A model generated the notes under the pieces. That model did not search any database and was not told the DNA's origin. It worked only from the letters and a program-made list of their open reading frames with translations. A program made the translations under genes and the position numbers. A stretch of 61,818 bases of DNA, filler included, from Fonticula-like sp. SCN 57-25 (taxonomy: Eukaryota): NCBI GenBank assembly GCA_001724245.1. It is 4 parts of 4 records of this genome, joined end to end, with 100 filler letters (N's around TTAATTAATTAA, not from the genome) between each part and the next. Parts side by side here need not be neighbours in the genome. Positions count along the whole stretch, not along the records: positions 46,682 to 61,818 come from MEDX01000141.1; 3 more parts are not named here. One strand, written 5' to 3'. Below, one piece after another: positions 49,936 to 61,794 of this stretch (its first letter is position 1; the number at the start of each line of letters is the position of its first letter).

Positions 49936-52900
49936 ATATCTATCTATCTATCAGTGTATCAGTGTATCAGTATTTATATTCTATCTATCTATCTATCTAT
50001 CAGTGTATACATACACTCTATCTATCAGTGCATCAGTCTATCTATCAGTGATATCTATCTATCTATCTATACACTCTATCAGTCTATACACTCTATCTAT
50101 CATACTACTCTATCTATACATATACTCTATCTATACCCACTCTATACCATGATTACCACACTTTCTCTCTCTCTTCCCATACTAACCCTTCCCTTTTTCC
50201 TCTCTTCCCATATTAACCCATTCCACTTATTCTTCAATAGATCTTCCTCTGGCTTTAGTGTCGGTACTGTTATCGCCTCAGACACCCTCGCAGGCATATA
50301 TAGAGTACAACTCGCATCTGGCGGCGCAATAAAGTCATTCCGTGACTATGATATGATGGTACATATGATCACGTGATGATATGATGACACATGCTAATTA
50401 TGATGATTGTAGCCTGAAGTGCCAGAGGAGCTGATGGCGGTGATGCCGGCGGATAGTAGGGCGATGTCGGCGGCGTATGCGGCATTCGGGCATCACGTGA
50501 CGGTGCGTGGAAGGAGAAGTGGAAAGTGGGGGGATCTTGTGATCTGATGTGCATCATCTGATGGGTGATGTGATGTGTGATGTGATGTGTGATGTCAGAT
50601 GAGTGATGTTGAGTGTATCATGTGATCATATGGTCATGTGATCATATGAGTGTATTGTTCATGTGTGTGTGTGATCGTGTGTGTGATCATGTGTGTGATC
50701 ATGTGTGTGATCGTGTGAGTGATCATGTGTGTGATCATGTAGGGTGGTATCATGTGTATAGTGGATCACTCATGTGGTCATGTGATACAAGGTCATGTGA
50801 TTAATTGGTCATGTGATCATATGAGTGTATTATTCATTCATTCATGTGTGTGATCATGTGCATCATTCACTCATGGATCATGTGTGTCATCTTGATGCTG
50901 ATGGTGATGTGATGCAGGATCAGCCGTCCATGTTGCTTCATCACCCTGCTCGTCCCCCGCCAGCCACAGTCACCACAAGCATGAATGTCAAGTCTACTTC
51001 TACTTCAGCATCAGGATCGACATCGACATCAGCATCAGCATCGACATCGGCATCGGCATCGACATCGGCATCAGGATCAGGATCGACATCAGGATTCCGC
51101 ATCTCATCAGCCATAATATCACGTGACCATGAAGATGTTGCTGCGACTGCTGCGGCAGGTGGCGTGCTTGCGCTGACAGCCAATAGGAGTGGAGATCAGA
51201 GTGTGACGTCATCACCGCAGGGGAATGCGCGTAGTCGGATTGCGTCAATGATGCAGGATGCTGCCCGTACGCGCATTTGGGCAGAGGAAAGTGGGGATTA
51301 TGGTCACGTGATGGAAGTGACATGTGAATATTGTGTGTCTACATGGTGTATGTATCACGTGATGCTGTGCATCATGTGATAGAGTACAGTGTATATAGAG
51401 GGAAAGTATGGGTATTAGCACTGTGTGCATCACGTGACACACATAGTGACATACATCATCACGTGATCATATGCACTACGCTTTCACTCTTCTCTCACTC
51501 TTCTTCTCTCATTCTTCTTCTTTCCTTCTTCACCTCTAACCACGTGACCACTCAATATGGTGAAAATAGCAGCCTTCCATTCCACTCTTACTTCACTCGA
51601 CCCCCCCCTTCTACCCCGTCCCGAAATAGTATCAAGTATATCTGCACTAACAAAGTTGGTGCGCGTAAAGCAGTTTCTGATTGATCAGCTGCAAAAGTTG
51701 AATGATGAGGCAGAGTCAGCGGTGCGAGTTGGGGGTGGAATCAGGGGTGGATTATTGGGAAAGTATGGGAAATAGAGGGAAATAGAGGTAGAGTATATGA
51801 ATGTATGTATGTATATGAGTGTATGTATGATTGATGTATGTATGAGTATATGTAGTATCATTGTATGTGTATGTATGTGTGTATGTATGTATGTATGTGT
51901 ATGTATGTATGTATGTGTGTATATGATTGTATATGATAGTGTGCGTATGATAGTTTATGTATGTATGTATGATTAAATATGATTGTATATGATTGTATGT
52001 ATGTATGAGTATCATTGTATGTATGTATATATGATAGTGTATGTATGTATGTATGTGTATGATTGTATGTGTATGTATGATGTGTATATGATTGTATGTG
52101 TGTATGTATACAATGTATATGTGCTTATACTGTACAGTGTTTATCTTGATATTTCCAATAGGTCTATTACATATCATTACCGTAATCATTACCGTAATGA
52201 CTACCTTTCATTATTATCTCATTCTCCTCCTAATTACTGACCAATCTCAGGCCTCCTCGCAATCCACCGCCCAATGGGAATGGTCCACGTCATTCCGCAT
52301 GCAATACGCATACGCAGTCATGCTACTTGATTACGTCAACCGACACATTCCACATGGCATGTCTGTCGTTGATAGGTCACTGAAATTCCTATTGGAGGAA
52401 GATGGCACTGGAGGGGCAGGGACTGAGGATGATGATGATGGCCACGTGGATGGTGGGTATTCAGTGAAGGAGATGGCTGAAAAGATATTTGATGACGTCA
52501 TGCGTCGTGGTGCTAGTTCCATGGTGGTACGCAGACGAAGGGTTTATATGTGGGAAGAATGGGGAAGAGTGGGGGAAGAGTGAACATGAGTCAATATGGG
52601 AGGGTGAGAGTGAATATAACAAGTGTGTGTATGAGTGTATATGAGTGTATATTGGAGTGAGTATGAGTGTATATGGGTGTATATGGGATATGAGTGTGTA
52701 TGAGAGTGAGTAGTGTAGAGTGAACATGAGTGAACATGAGTGTGTATATGAGTGTATGTATGAGTGTATATATGAGTGTGAGTATGAGTGTACATGAATG
52801 AGTAGTGTATATGAGTGTGTATATGTCTATGAGTATGAGTGTATGAGTATTAGTGTGTATGAGTGTGTATATGACTGAGTATGAGTGTGTGTATGGGTGA

Positions 52901-53934
52901 GTAGTGTATATGAGTGTAACAGTGTATATTGTGCATATGAGTGACTGTAAGTGTACATGAGTGAGTGTATATATGAGTGTATGTATGATTGTATATGACT
53001 TTACATGAGTGTATATACATCTCTATCACCCCATACACTATTCTACTTTCCCTTCTCTTTCCCTTCTCTCCCTTATCTCTTCTAATTCCCTTCTATTCTC
53101 ACCCCTTTCCCTCTACACCAATAGGAACCCGCCCACCTCCTCGCCCAAGTCCGCCAAAAACAAGGTGACGCAGCCACTGCACTAACACTACTCGCATCTC
53201 CACTCCCATTGGTCAATTCATCATCTATGACGTCATCATCATCTTCTGCTAATATGACGTCATCATCTTCTACTTCTGCTAATATGACGTCATCAACTGT
53301 TAATATGGCGTCGTCGTCGTTGGCACAGAGTCCGACGGATGCGTCATTGGAACAGGCGATTGCAGTGTCACGTGACCGCACGTATAGGTTGATTGGGTCG
53401 TGTATTGCGTTGTTGATTGCTTTGAAAGAGGGAAAGTCAAGGGTGGAGTCTGGGGTGGATATGGGTAATATTGGTAATATGGGTAACATTGGTAATATGG
53501 GTAGTATGGGTGGTGATACGAGTACTAGTACTATTGGTCAATCTACTACTACTACTACTACTAGTGGAAATGTCACTGGTAATGTTGGTAATGTTACCGG
53601 TAATCTTGGTAATGATACCAGTATTGTTACCAATGTTGGTAATGAAACTACTACTAGTGCTCCCACTGGTGAAAATGACACTTTTACCACATCCACAACA
53701 ACATCTTCCGGAACCATATCTTCCGGAACCACATCTTCCGGAACATCCCTTTCCTATCTCTTTAACCCCCCCTCTTCCTCTTCTCCCATTGGTCCCCTTG
53801 AATCCTACCTATCTGCTATTCGCCCTCCTATTGGAAGTGCCAATGCTGGCCTATATAGGGAAGTGGAGGCGCAGGTGGAGCATATTGCGAGGACGATGAG
53901 GGGGGCGAGTTTGCCGGGATTTCTTGCTGTTTAG
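47684..53934 (+). CDS. LIN9: LIN9/ALWAYS EARLY homolog (DIRP + Tudor-like; MuvB/DREAM core), long repeat-filled introns
   Basis: DIRP RWCRFEFFYSPID..L..SEF..CL (48816-48979), WSSLRSRWRPRRFSPSFLSLERRHL (49504+), Tudor-like GIYRVQL...DYDMM and KLVRVKQFLIDQLQKLNDEAE. Exact exon set tentative. Confidence 0.82.
49298..49410 (+). repeat. Intronic 9-bp tandem repeat (TCTTATGTC-like)
   Basis: Directly visible. Confidence 0.9.
49835..50140 (+). repeat. Intronic degenerate (TCTA)n microsatellite
   Basis: Directly visible. Confidence 0.9.
50560..50915 (+). repeat. Intronic TGTGA/GATCATGTGT low-complexity repeat
   Basis: Recurrent GTGATCATGTGT units. Confidence 0.85.
51795..52120 (+). repeat. Intronic degenerate (TGTA)n microsatellite
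   Basis: Directly visible. Confidence 0.9.
52575..53015 (+). repeat. Intronic degenerate (TATGAGTG)-type repeat
   Basis: Directly visible. Confidence 0.85.
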
Positions 53935-54400
53935 GGTTGAAAGAAGGGAAAGAGAGTGTAAAAGATAATAAAGAAAGAAAGAAAGAAAGAAGAACAAGTA
54001 GAAAGGGAATATGAAGTAGTAGTATGTAGTAGATGATACTGTAGATGATACTGTAGTAGATGATACTGTAGAGATGACACTGTAGTATGTAGTATGTTGT
54101 GTGTAGTTTGTTGTTGTAGTATGGGTACATGGATCATTATTATGTACAATCATATCAGAGCATATCAGTGTATGTATGACAGTGTCGCTGTATGGATGAA
54201 AAGTGATGATAGTGGAAGAGTGCAAATTGGATTCAGTTTGCATCAATTACAGCTACATTCACCCACGTGGCCATGAATGTGCTCCATCTACTCACAATTA
54301 ACTCTTCCAATTGAACTCTTCCTATTGAACTCTTCCTATTGAACCAAACATGTACAAACAGCTCTAAATGATCACCTCAATCTCCACCCCCAACTCCACC

Positions 54401-55349
54401 CTAGATTCCACTCCCGACTCCACCCTCTCGCAGCGCAATATGCATAAAGTTGTCTGGGTAGCTGAGGTGATCCGCCAGCCACGTGATCGGCGCATCGAGT
54501 GGCGGGCTGACGCCATGCAGAAGAAGGCGCGATCGACCTGCGGGCATCAGCATTTAAATCAACCACGTGGCCAATGTCGTACCTTCGAGAATGTTGTCCA
54601 CGTGGGCAGGAACAGTTTTCTTGATGAGATCGAGGAGGGTGGTGTCGCGGCCGGATGCGGCATCGAGTGGCGGCACGAGATCCTGCTCGTAGGATCCGTC
54701 GTCAAAGTAGATGCGGAAGGGGACGGCGCGGCAGTCGCTCGTGTTGCCGACGGACATTGTGGTGTTTACGGCGAAAAAGCGGTCGTGATTGCGCTGCTGA
54801 AGGCCCTGCCAGAGCTGGACGGAATCGACCTTGCTCAGATTCATGACTTTTTTGGTCGAGCCGTTTTTGACGGCATCGGCTTGCTTGAGCATCTGCATGA
54901 AGAGGACTTGGACAGTGTCGTCAGAGGGGCAGCGCTGAAGCGTGTCGGAAGGGAAGGATTTAAAGTGGGCGGTGAGATGCCAGGGGAGGCCGACGAGGGG
55001 ATCGCAGTGCAGATCAAAGAGAAGGCCAATGGGGAGATGCCAGCGAAGAGGGATCGCGGCGGAGGAGGAAGAAGAAGAGCATGAAAGCCAGAATTCGTCG
55101 TCGGGATGAGACGCGACAAAGGGAGAAAAGTGGTCAATCATGGCGCGCCATTGAAGCGGCAGGTACGTCGTCCGATCAAGCATCGCCTGATTCATTGAAT
55201 CACGTCAGTGGGCAATGACAAAATAGAAGTGTGCGCACGTAAAAGGGCTCGGGGGAGGACCCGCCCTGCTGGTCAGAGGGCGCCAGGCGAACAGTTACCG
55301 GGATCTTGCCCTGCCATACGGCCTTGGTGGCCTGCTTGTTCACCGTCAT
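54401..55349 (-). CDS. ATG5: Autophagy protein 5
   Basis: VWQGKIP, PLRWHLPIGLLFD, LPWHLTAHF, LKQADAVKNG, VPFRIY and HGVSPPLDAPITWL..HLSYPDNFMHI. Confidence 0.95.
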
Positions 55350-55884
55350 CGCCGCCGCCGCCGACGCGCACAAACAGGGACGAGGGAATTGACCAATGGC
55401 AGGCGAGAGAGGGCAATTTTGGACCAATCAGGAGAATTGGACGTTTAATTCGCGAAATGGCAAATTTGCAAGCTCGGCTCGACCAATCAAATCGCTTATC
55501 GGAGCGCTAATCGGCCAGTCATAATGCGGGAAAATTCTCAAAACATAAAAATTTTTACCCACAAGAGAAAGCAAAATTATAACAGTAAAAACGGATTCAG
55601 CGTCATTTACTCTACCTCCTACATACATAGATTATTACCTTTCCCTTCCTTAAAAGCGTGCCACCCTCCAATAGTTCAACCCCAGACTCCACTCCAGATG
55701 ATCCTGATGACCATCACCATCCTGATGACCATCACACGCACCAATCAGGTCATTGTTGCCAATTCATCCACCAATCAAATCGCTCCAAATTCCTCATTCC
55801 ACCGACGGTTCCGGTCAGAGCGGCGCCCATTCTCCTTGCTACGTGTCGACATCCCCACAGGATTGCCCGACATTTGCCTCAGCA

Positions 55885-57727
55885 ATGATGCCTCGATGGG
55901 TTCCCAGTAGCGTGGGCGCTCTCTCTGTTGCGCTTCTTCTATGCGCCGCTTCGGTCGGCGTCTCTGCCGACGCCCAATGTCATATTGATATGGCGTGCGC
56001 CGAGATTTATGCCCCGGTCTGCGGCAGTGATGGCGTGACGTATTCGAATGCCTGCGAGTTTAACCGCGCGTCCGTGTGCGGTCTCAATGGCGGATTGACC
56101 TCTACCGATGGCGAATGTGCTCGCAACTGTACGTACATTTTTTCTTGCTCTTTTTTGATATGAAATCAACTGACCATGACGATTTCCAGTCGAGTGCCCT
56201 GCCATGTGCCCTCTCATGTATGCCCCCATGTGCGGCTCTGATGGCAACACCTACGGCAATCTCTGCGCGCTCATCTCTTCCCGCTGCGCCGCCTCGCGCA
56301 ACGGCGCCTCCCTCCACGATCTCGTGCGCGTCAAGCATGCCGGCGAGTGCGGCGCCATCATGTGCCCGTCCGCCTTTGATCCCGTCTGCGCCGACAATGG
56401 CGAGACGTTTTCCAACGAATGCGAGATGACGCGCGCGGCACGTGACCGCGGCCTTTCCCTCAAGGTGGCGCGCAAGGGCGAGTGCGCCATCGCCGATGAC
56501 GATGCCGACGAGTGCGAGACCATGTGCACCGACATGATCGACCCCGTGTGCGGCACCAACGGCGTCACTTACATGAACGAGTGCAAACTGCAAACTGAGA
56601 GGTGCCGTGAGCGTTCTGCCTTTTTGAAGGTTGCCTTCAAGGGCGCGTGCAAGGGTACGAATCTGGGGTGGATTACTGGGATCTTGTAGTGGGAATGTAT
56701 ATTGGATATTGGTTATGTGTATGGCGTAGATGGGCGTTAATGTGTTATTATGGTCATATTGGCATTTAATGAGTCAGCATATATTATCGTTTAAATATGA
56801 ACTTTTGTCATCATGTTCTGTTATATCATATCATATCATGTCATATCATGTCATATCATATCATATCATATCATATCATGTCATATGTCATATCATTATT
56901 TATCTCTTATTTCCTTCTCTTTTCCTTCTATTACCTTCCATTGACTTCCTCTTCCCTTCTAACTCTTTCCTTTAGAAATGTGCGACTCTGCCTGCCTTGC
57001 CTCCTACACCCCCCTCTGCGCCTCAACTGGCCGCACTTTCTCTTCCCTATGCGATTTCATCCAATCAACACTCTGCAACAACGATGACGTCAGCAACGAC
57101 GATGACGTCAGCCACATTGACGTCATCACCCCTGTGATTGTCTCGTCTGGCGAGTGTCCTTTTGACGGCCCCATCACGATCGACCCTATTGGCCCGATTG
57201 AGCAGGACGACACTCCGATTGGTCCGATTGACCCGGCCACGTGTCCGACCAAGTGTGACAAGTCGCTTCGTCCTATTTGCGGCACTGATGGCAAGACGTA
57301 CCCTAATGAGTGCCTGCTTTCCCTGTTGGTCTGCCGCGGACGCACGACGGCCACAAAGAAGCATGACGGCCCGTGTGACGTCACGAGTGACGATGATGAC
57401 GTCAGTGATGACGACACTGATCCTTGTGCTGTTGTCATGTGCCCTATGAACAGTGTGTGTGTGCCTGAGCGCCAGGAATGTTTCGCGCCGCCGTGCGATC
57501 AGTTCAAGTGCGTGCCATTGGCTGACGATGTTGTCGTGGCGGACGCTGAGGGCGAGGCGACCAATGAAAGTGGCCCGAGTGCGGACGATGTCGTCATGTG
57601 GGCGCTCGTGGCTGCGGGTGTGGTTGGGTTCGTGGCGGCGGTGGGCGTGATCGCGATCAGGGCGAGGGGTGCGAGATCGGCTGATGCGGCGGGTGCTGAG
57701 CCGCTGCTCGCCGAGTCAAGTGCTTGA
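55885..57727 (+). CDS. Type I membrane protein with six Kazal-type domains and a follistatin-N-like module
   Basis: Signal peptide, six PVCGxDGxTYxNxC-type units, DPCAVVMCPMNSVC, a TM segment VVMWALVAAGVVGFVAAVGVIAI and a short tail. Three exons. Confidence 0.88.
56815..56895 (+). repeat. Intronic (TCATA)n microsatellite
   Basis: Directly visible. Confidence 0.9.
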
Positions 57728-58276
57728 GGTGTGCAAACTGGATTGAGTTTGCGGGTTTGGTTTAAGATCATGCGGGATCTGATCTTGGGATCTGGTCCTG
57801 GATCGCATCCCGGATCGTGATCTGAATCTGAACGCAAATTGGGTTTAGGTTTGTGACTGTGTGCAAACTGATTTTTTAGTTTGCGTATTTTATTTGCAGT
57901 GTGCAAACTGATTGTGAGTTTGCATTCATAGTTCTTTTTTCCTTTGTAGTTTAGCAAACGCGCCTCTTTTCTTTGTTTTTTCAGTGTCGATCCCCGCGGG
58001 CCCGATCGAGGCGGCGATCTCTTCAGTGATTTGCCGCGGTTTATTTGTTGTTGTTTGTTGAGTGTTTTAGTGTGGGATTTGTAGGCGGGGCTGATGCTGA
58101 TCGCCTCTTTTTATTGTGGGTGCGGGATGGCGATGCTGGTTATGGCGATCGTTGTCTGATCTTAATATACCCTTTTCAAAAGTAATCTATCTATTAATTG
58201 AACATGTCCAGAACAGATAACATGCAGATAATACGCATGATTAGTGATTTATTCAATATAAAATATAGGCATAAAA

Positions 58277-60401
58277 TTATGTACCTATACTGTATTCATC
58301 ATACCAGTATGGCCATACTAGTAAGCCTGATTGATTCCCAATGCAAATTGATCCCGTCCACGTGGTCACCCACGGGTCCTTGTCGCCATCTGTTTCTCTT
58401 CTAAGTGCCTTTACAAGTCCAATGAACTTTACCGCATCGGGTATCTTGAGTGCTCCATTGGATGCTTCAATGACACGTGGCACTGACAGAGAACATAAGG
58501 CGGCACCATGCCAGCCAATAGAGGAAAGTGAAGAGTAAGGAGCATTAAGTGTCTTGATCCAGTTTGCAGTTTGCCATTTGTCCCATGCCAATAAACTGCC
58601 ACGTGGCGGGGTAAATGCTCTGTCATCACTCGGCTTGTAGTGTGCAATGTAGCCACGAAGTTGAAGTGCGGCGGCATCATTGAAGGTGACGTCATCGTTA
58701 ATGTCAATCACGTGTTCAACATTGAGCATTGTCAATGTGTTGCCATCAATGCCTTTCAATGTAGTTTGCAGTTTGCACATGCCAATGTCACATAGCCATT
58801 CCTTGAAGGCTTCACCACGCAAATCCTCCAATCCGGACACAGATAGGCAATCTGTCAAGCTGTCAAGTGTCTGCGTGCAAACATGAATGATGCCAAGTAG
58901 TTCATTATGGCGCTCCATCAGCTTAGTCAAATCACGTGATTGTGCAATATACTCGGGAGTTTGCATTTCCTCTAGTGTCTTTTTCACACTCGCCACTAAC
59001 ATATTGTGTTGGTATATAATAGACAATCATATGTGCGTACATTGGGCCTCGAGGTCGGCAATTGAGCGCTTCAGTTTTAACTCACGTGAAATTTTCTGAC
59101 GTAATCCACTGTCTGCCTTTTCAAGCGATGCTTGAATATGCTTCACTTGTGTCTGCGCCTCGGCCAGTCGCTCGCGGACGCATTCATGGGAGGGCACGTG
59201 ACCAAGAGGATCAAATAGCCACATTTCAACTTGACCATCACCAAGAGCAACTGCGATGTTGCCAGACGCAGCGTGATAGGACAATGACATCACCTATATA
59301 ACAAGGGTGAGCGATATAAATGGACAAAGCGTGACACACCATTCCACCACATTGATAGTTTGCAGTTTGCACTCCATCAGAGGTGCGCCAAATAAGGAGG
59401 GATTTATCTCCCGACCCAGTGATCACGTGCGACTCGTCACCGAGAAAGGCGCCACCACTGACATATTCCGTATGTCCCTTGAGTGTCACGTGGGGAGTGG
59501 ATGACCACGTGGCATTGGATGGAACATTCCAGATGGAAGAAGTCATGTCTTGACTTGTGACCAATAGCATGCGGCCAGAGGGACTGAAGCAGAGTGAAGT
59601 GATCTAGTAATAATTAGCAATGTGAACATATAGGCAACTATCATACTTGATAAGAATGATGCTCGTTATCTGATACTTGCGCCCACTTGCCATTGGTCAG
59701 TCCATAAATGTACACGTGGCCATCATGACATCCCGCGGCAAGAAGATTTCCATCGGGTGAAAATGCGAGAGAATTCACCTGCATGAACTATTGTGAGCAA
59801 CTGCAAATAGTCATTGAATAACGTACAAGAACAGCCAATCCAGTTAAGAATGTTTGAATGACTGAATAGTTGTTGGACGGGTCCAAGAGTGTCACTGCTT
59901 TATCAAATCCACCGATGGCAAGGATCCCACTGGGACTGAACGCGCATCCAGCCAACTAGACAAAAGATGAGCAACGAAGGAGCGGCAAACATGACGCGTA
60001 CACGCTCGTTGATCTTGTACACGGTCGAGTGCGCATTGTTGTTAGTGACTTGGATGACAACGCCATCATTTGTCACGGCGACAAGACGCGTCCCATCGGG
60101 CGACCACGCGACATCATGCACCTTGATGGGGCGTCAGAACAAACAAGGGCAGGTGGGCGTTAGGAACGTACCCAACTACCGCACTTCACAGTGTACACTT
60201 TTGCCTGCGTGGCAATACTGGTGATGCAGAGTGTATAGTCCCAACTGCCAGTTGCAAGCAAAGTGCCGTCGGAGGAAATCGCACACGCGCACACCTGCAA
60301 ACACAATCAGCATCAGACCAGCAGCACATCAAAAGCAAAGAATGACGTACGTTACTCGTGTGCGGTTTACTAGCCGCTTTCTTGACCAGTTGATGCGCCA
60401 T
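58277..60401 (-). CDS. WD40 (7 blades) - coiled coil - SAM - SAM protein (copy 2, complete, 8 exons)
   Basis: WD motifs AISSDGTLLATGSWD, VAWSPDG, AFSPSG, LAFSPDG, LCFSPSG and LKGHTEYV..TGSGDKSLLIW, then a heptad region. SAM-like EWLCDIGM..IDGNTL and LAWDKWQTANWIKTL..GAALCSL follow. Confidence 0.8.
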
Positions 60402-61129
60402 TGCGTCCACCACTCTTGACTCTTCTACACTCGCTAGTCCGCTTTGCGCTCGGCAGACGCAGATGCAGATGGGCAAAGAGCAGACACTCCGTCACACTCG
60501 TCGTGCTGCTGCAAAGTCGGCCACGTGGTGATGACATTTACATGTCACGTGATTTGAGCTCGGAGAGCAACCCGCCATGATCCCGGGATTCTGTCGCGTC
60601 GATCGCCTCTGCGAGCATGCGACGGCCATTGTGCGCCCACTCGCGCCCACATGTTCAATCAAGCACCGCTCGTTGTTTTCCGCGCACAAATGACATCATC
60701 TTTGATTCGATACGTTGGACGTGGCCGGCATCGCGAGATGATCGGCGATGCCATCGCAAGCGCCATGCCGCGGATGGTCCGCTCGTGATCGCAGTCGCGC
60801 GCGGCATCACCAAGACCCGCACACGGAATGACCAATTGACCGTCATCAGACGCCGTCACCAAAGTGGCATGGACGGCAGACGGGTGGCTTTCGATGTTCT
60901 TTCGGTGAGGGGCAGCATGTACATGGTGCAAATAGTAATCGATAAACACCACTGGAATATTCATGTATTATGGGCAGTGAGAGGAAAAGAAAAGATGTAA
61001 TTTGAAAGAAAGAGGAAACTGAAAAGGCAAAAGTCACGTGATCATCTGCAGAGAAAACGAAAGAGAAAACAGACCACAAGATACAGTACGCTACACCTGG
61101 TAAGGAGTATGGCAGGAATGGATACCATA

Positions 61130-61794
61130 CTAAGCCTGATTCCCAATAGGAATTGATCCCGTCCACGTGGTCACCCACGGTTCCTTTTCGCCGTCCGTTT
61201 CTCTTCTCAGTGCCTTGACAAGTCCAATGAACTTTACCGCATCGGGTATCTTGAGTGCTCCCTTGGATGCTTCAATGACACGTGGCGGCGAAAGTGAACA
61301 TAGTGCAGGGCCATGCCAACCAATAGAGGAAAGAGAAGAGTATGGAGCATTAAGAGAAGCAATCCAGTTTGCAGTTTGCTCGTCAGTCCATGACAATACA
61401 CTGTCACGTGGCGGGGCAAATGCGCTGTCATCACTTAGCTTGTAGTGCGCAATATAACCAGACAGCTGAAGAGCAGCAGCATCGTTGAATGACACACCAT
61501 TCTCCATCACGTGTTCAACGTGGAGCATTGTCAATGTGTTGCCATCAAAGCCTTTCAATGCAGTTTGCAGTTTGCCCATTCCAATGTCACAGAGCCATTC
61601 GTTAAAGGCGTCCCCACGAAGGTCCTCCAATCCAGAAACAGCAAGGCAGTCTGTCAAGCTGTCAAGTGTCTGCGTGCAAACATGAATAATGCCAAGCAGT
61701 TCATTGTGGCGCTCAATCTTCTTGGTCAAATCACGTGATTCTGCAATATACTCGGGAGTTTGCAGTTCCTCAAGTGCCTTTCTCTCGCTCGCCA
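61130..61794 (-). CDS. Last exon (coiled coil + SAM-SAM) of family copy 3; 5' part beyond window
   Basis: Highly similar to 58277-58995 and preceded by an acceptor at the same position and phase (TAG|TG GCG). Confidence 0.82.

Noticed and set aside
49245-53038. Tyr/His/Ile-rich ORFs in the ORF track
   Set aside because: They are translations of intronic microsatellites within LIN9.
60659-60964. ORF with a WD40-like word (TLVTASDDGQLVI) between SAM-family copies
   Set aside because: It is a single short motif with no convincing exon structure. It may be a decayed blade, but this cannot be supported.
46682-61794. Oppositely oriented SAM-family copies as terminal inverted repeats of a large transposon carrying LIN9/ATG5/Kazal
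   Set aside because: The copies are diverged protein-coding paralogs, and no transposase, TIR or target-site duplication is visible.
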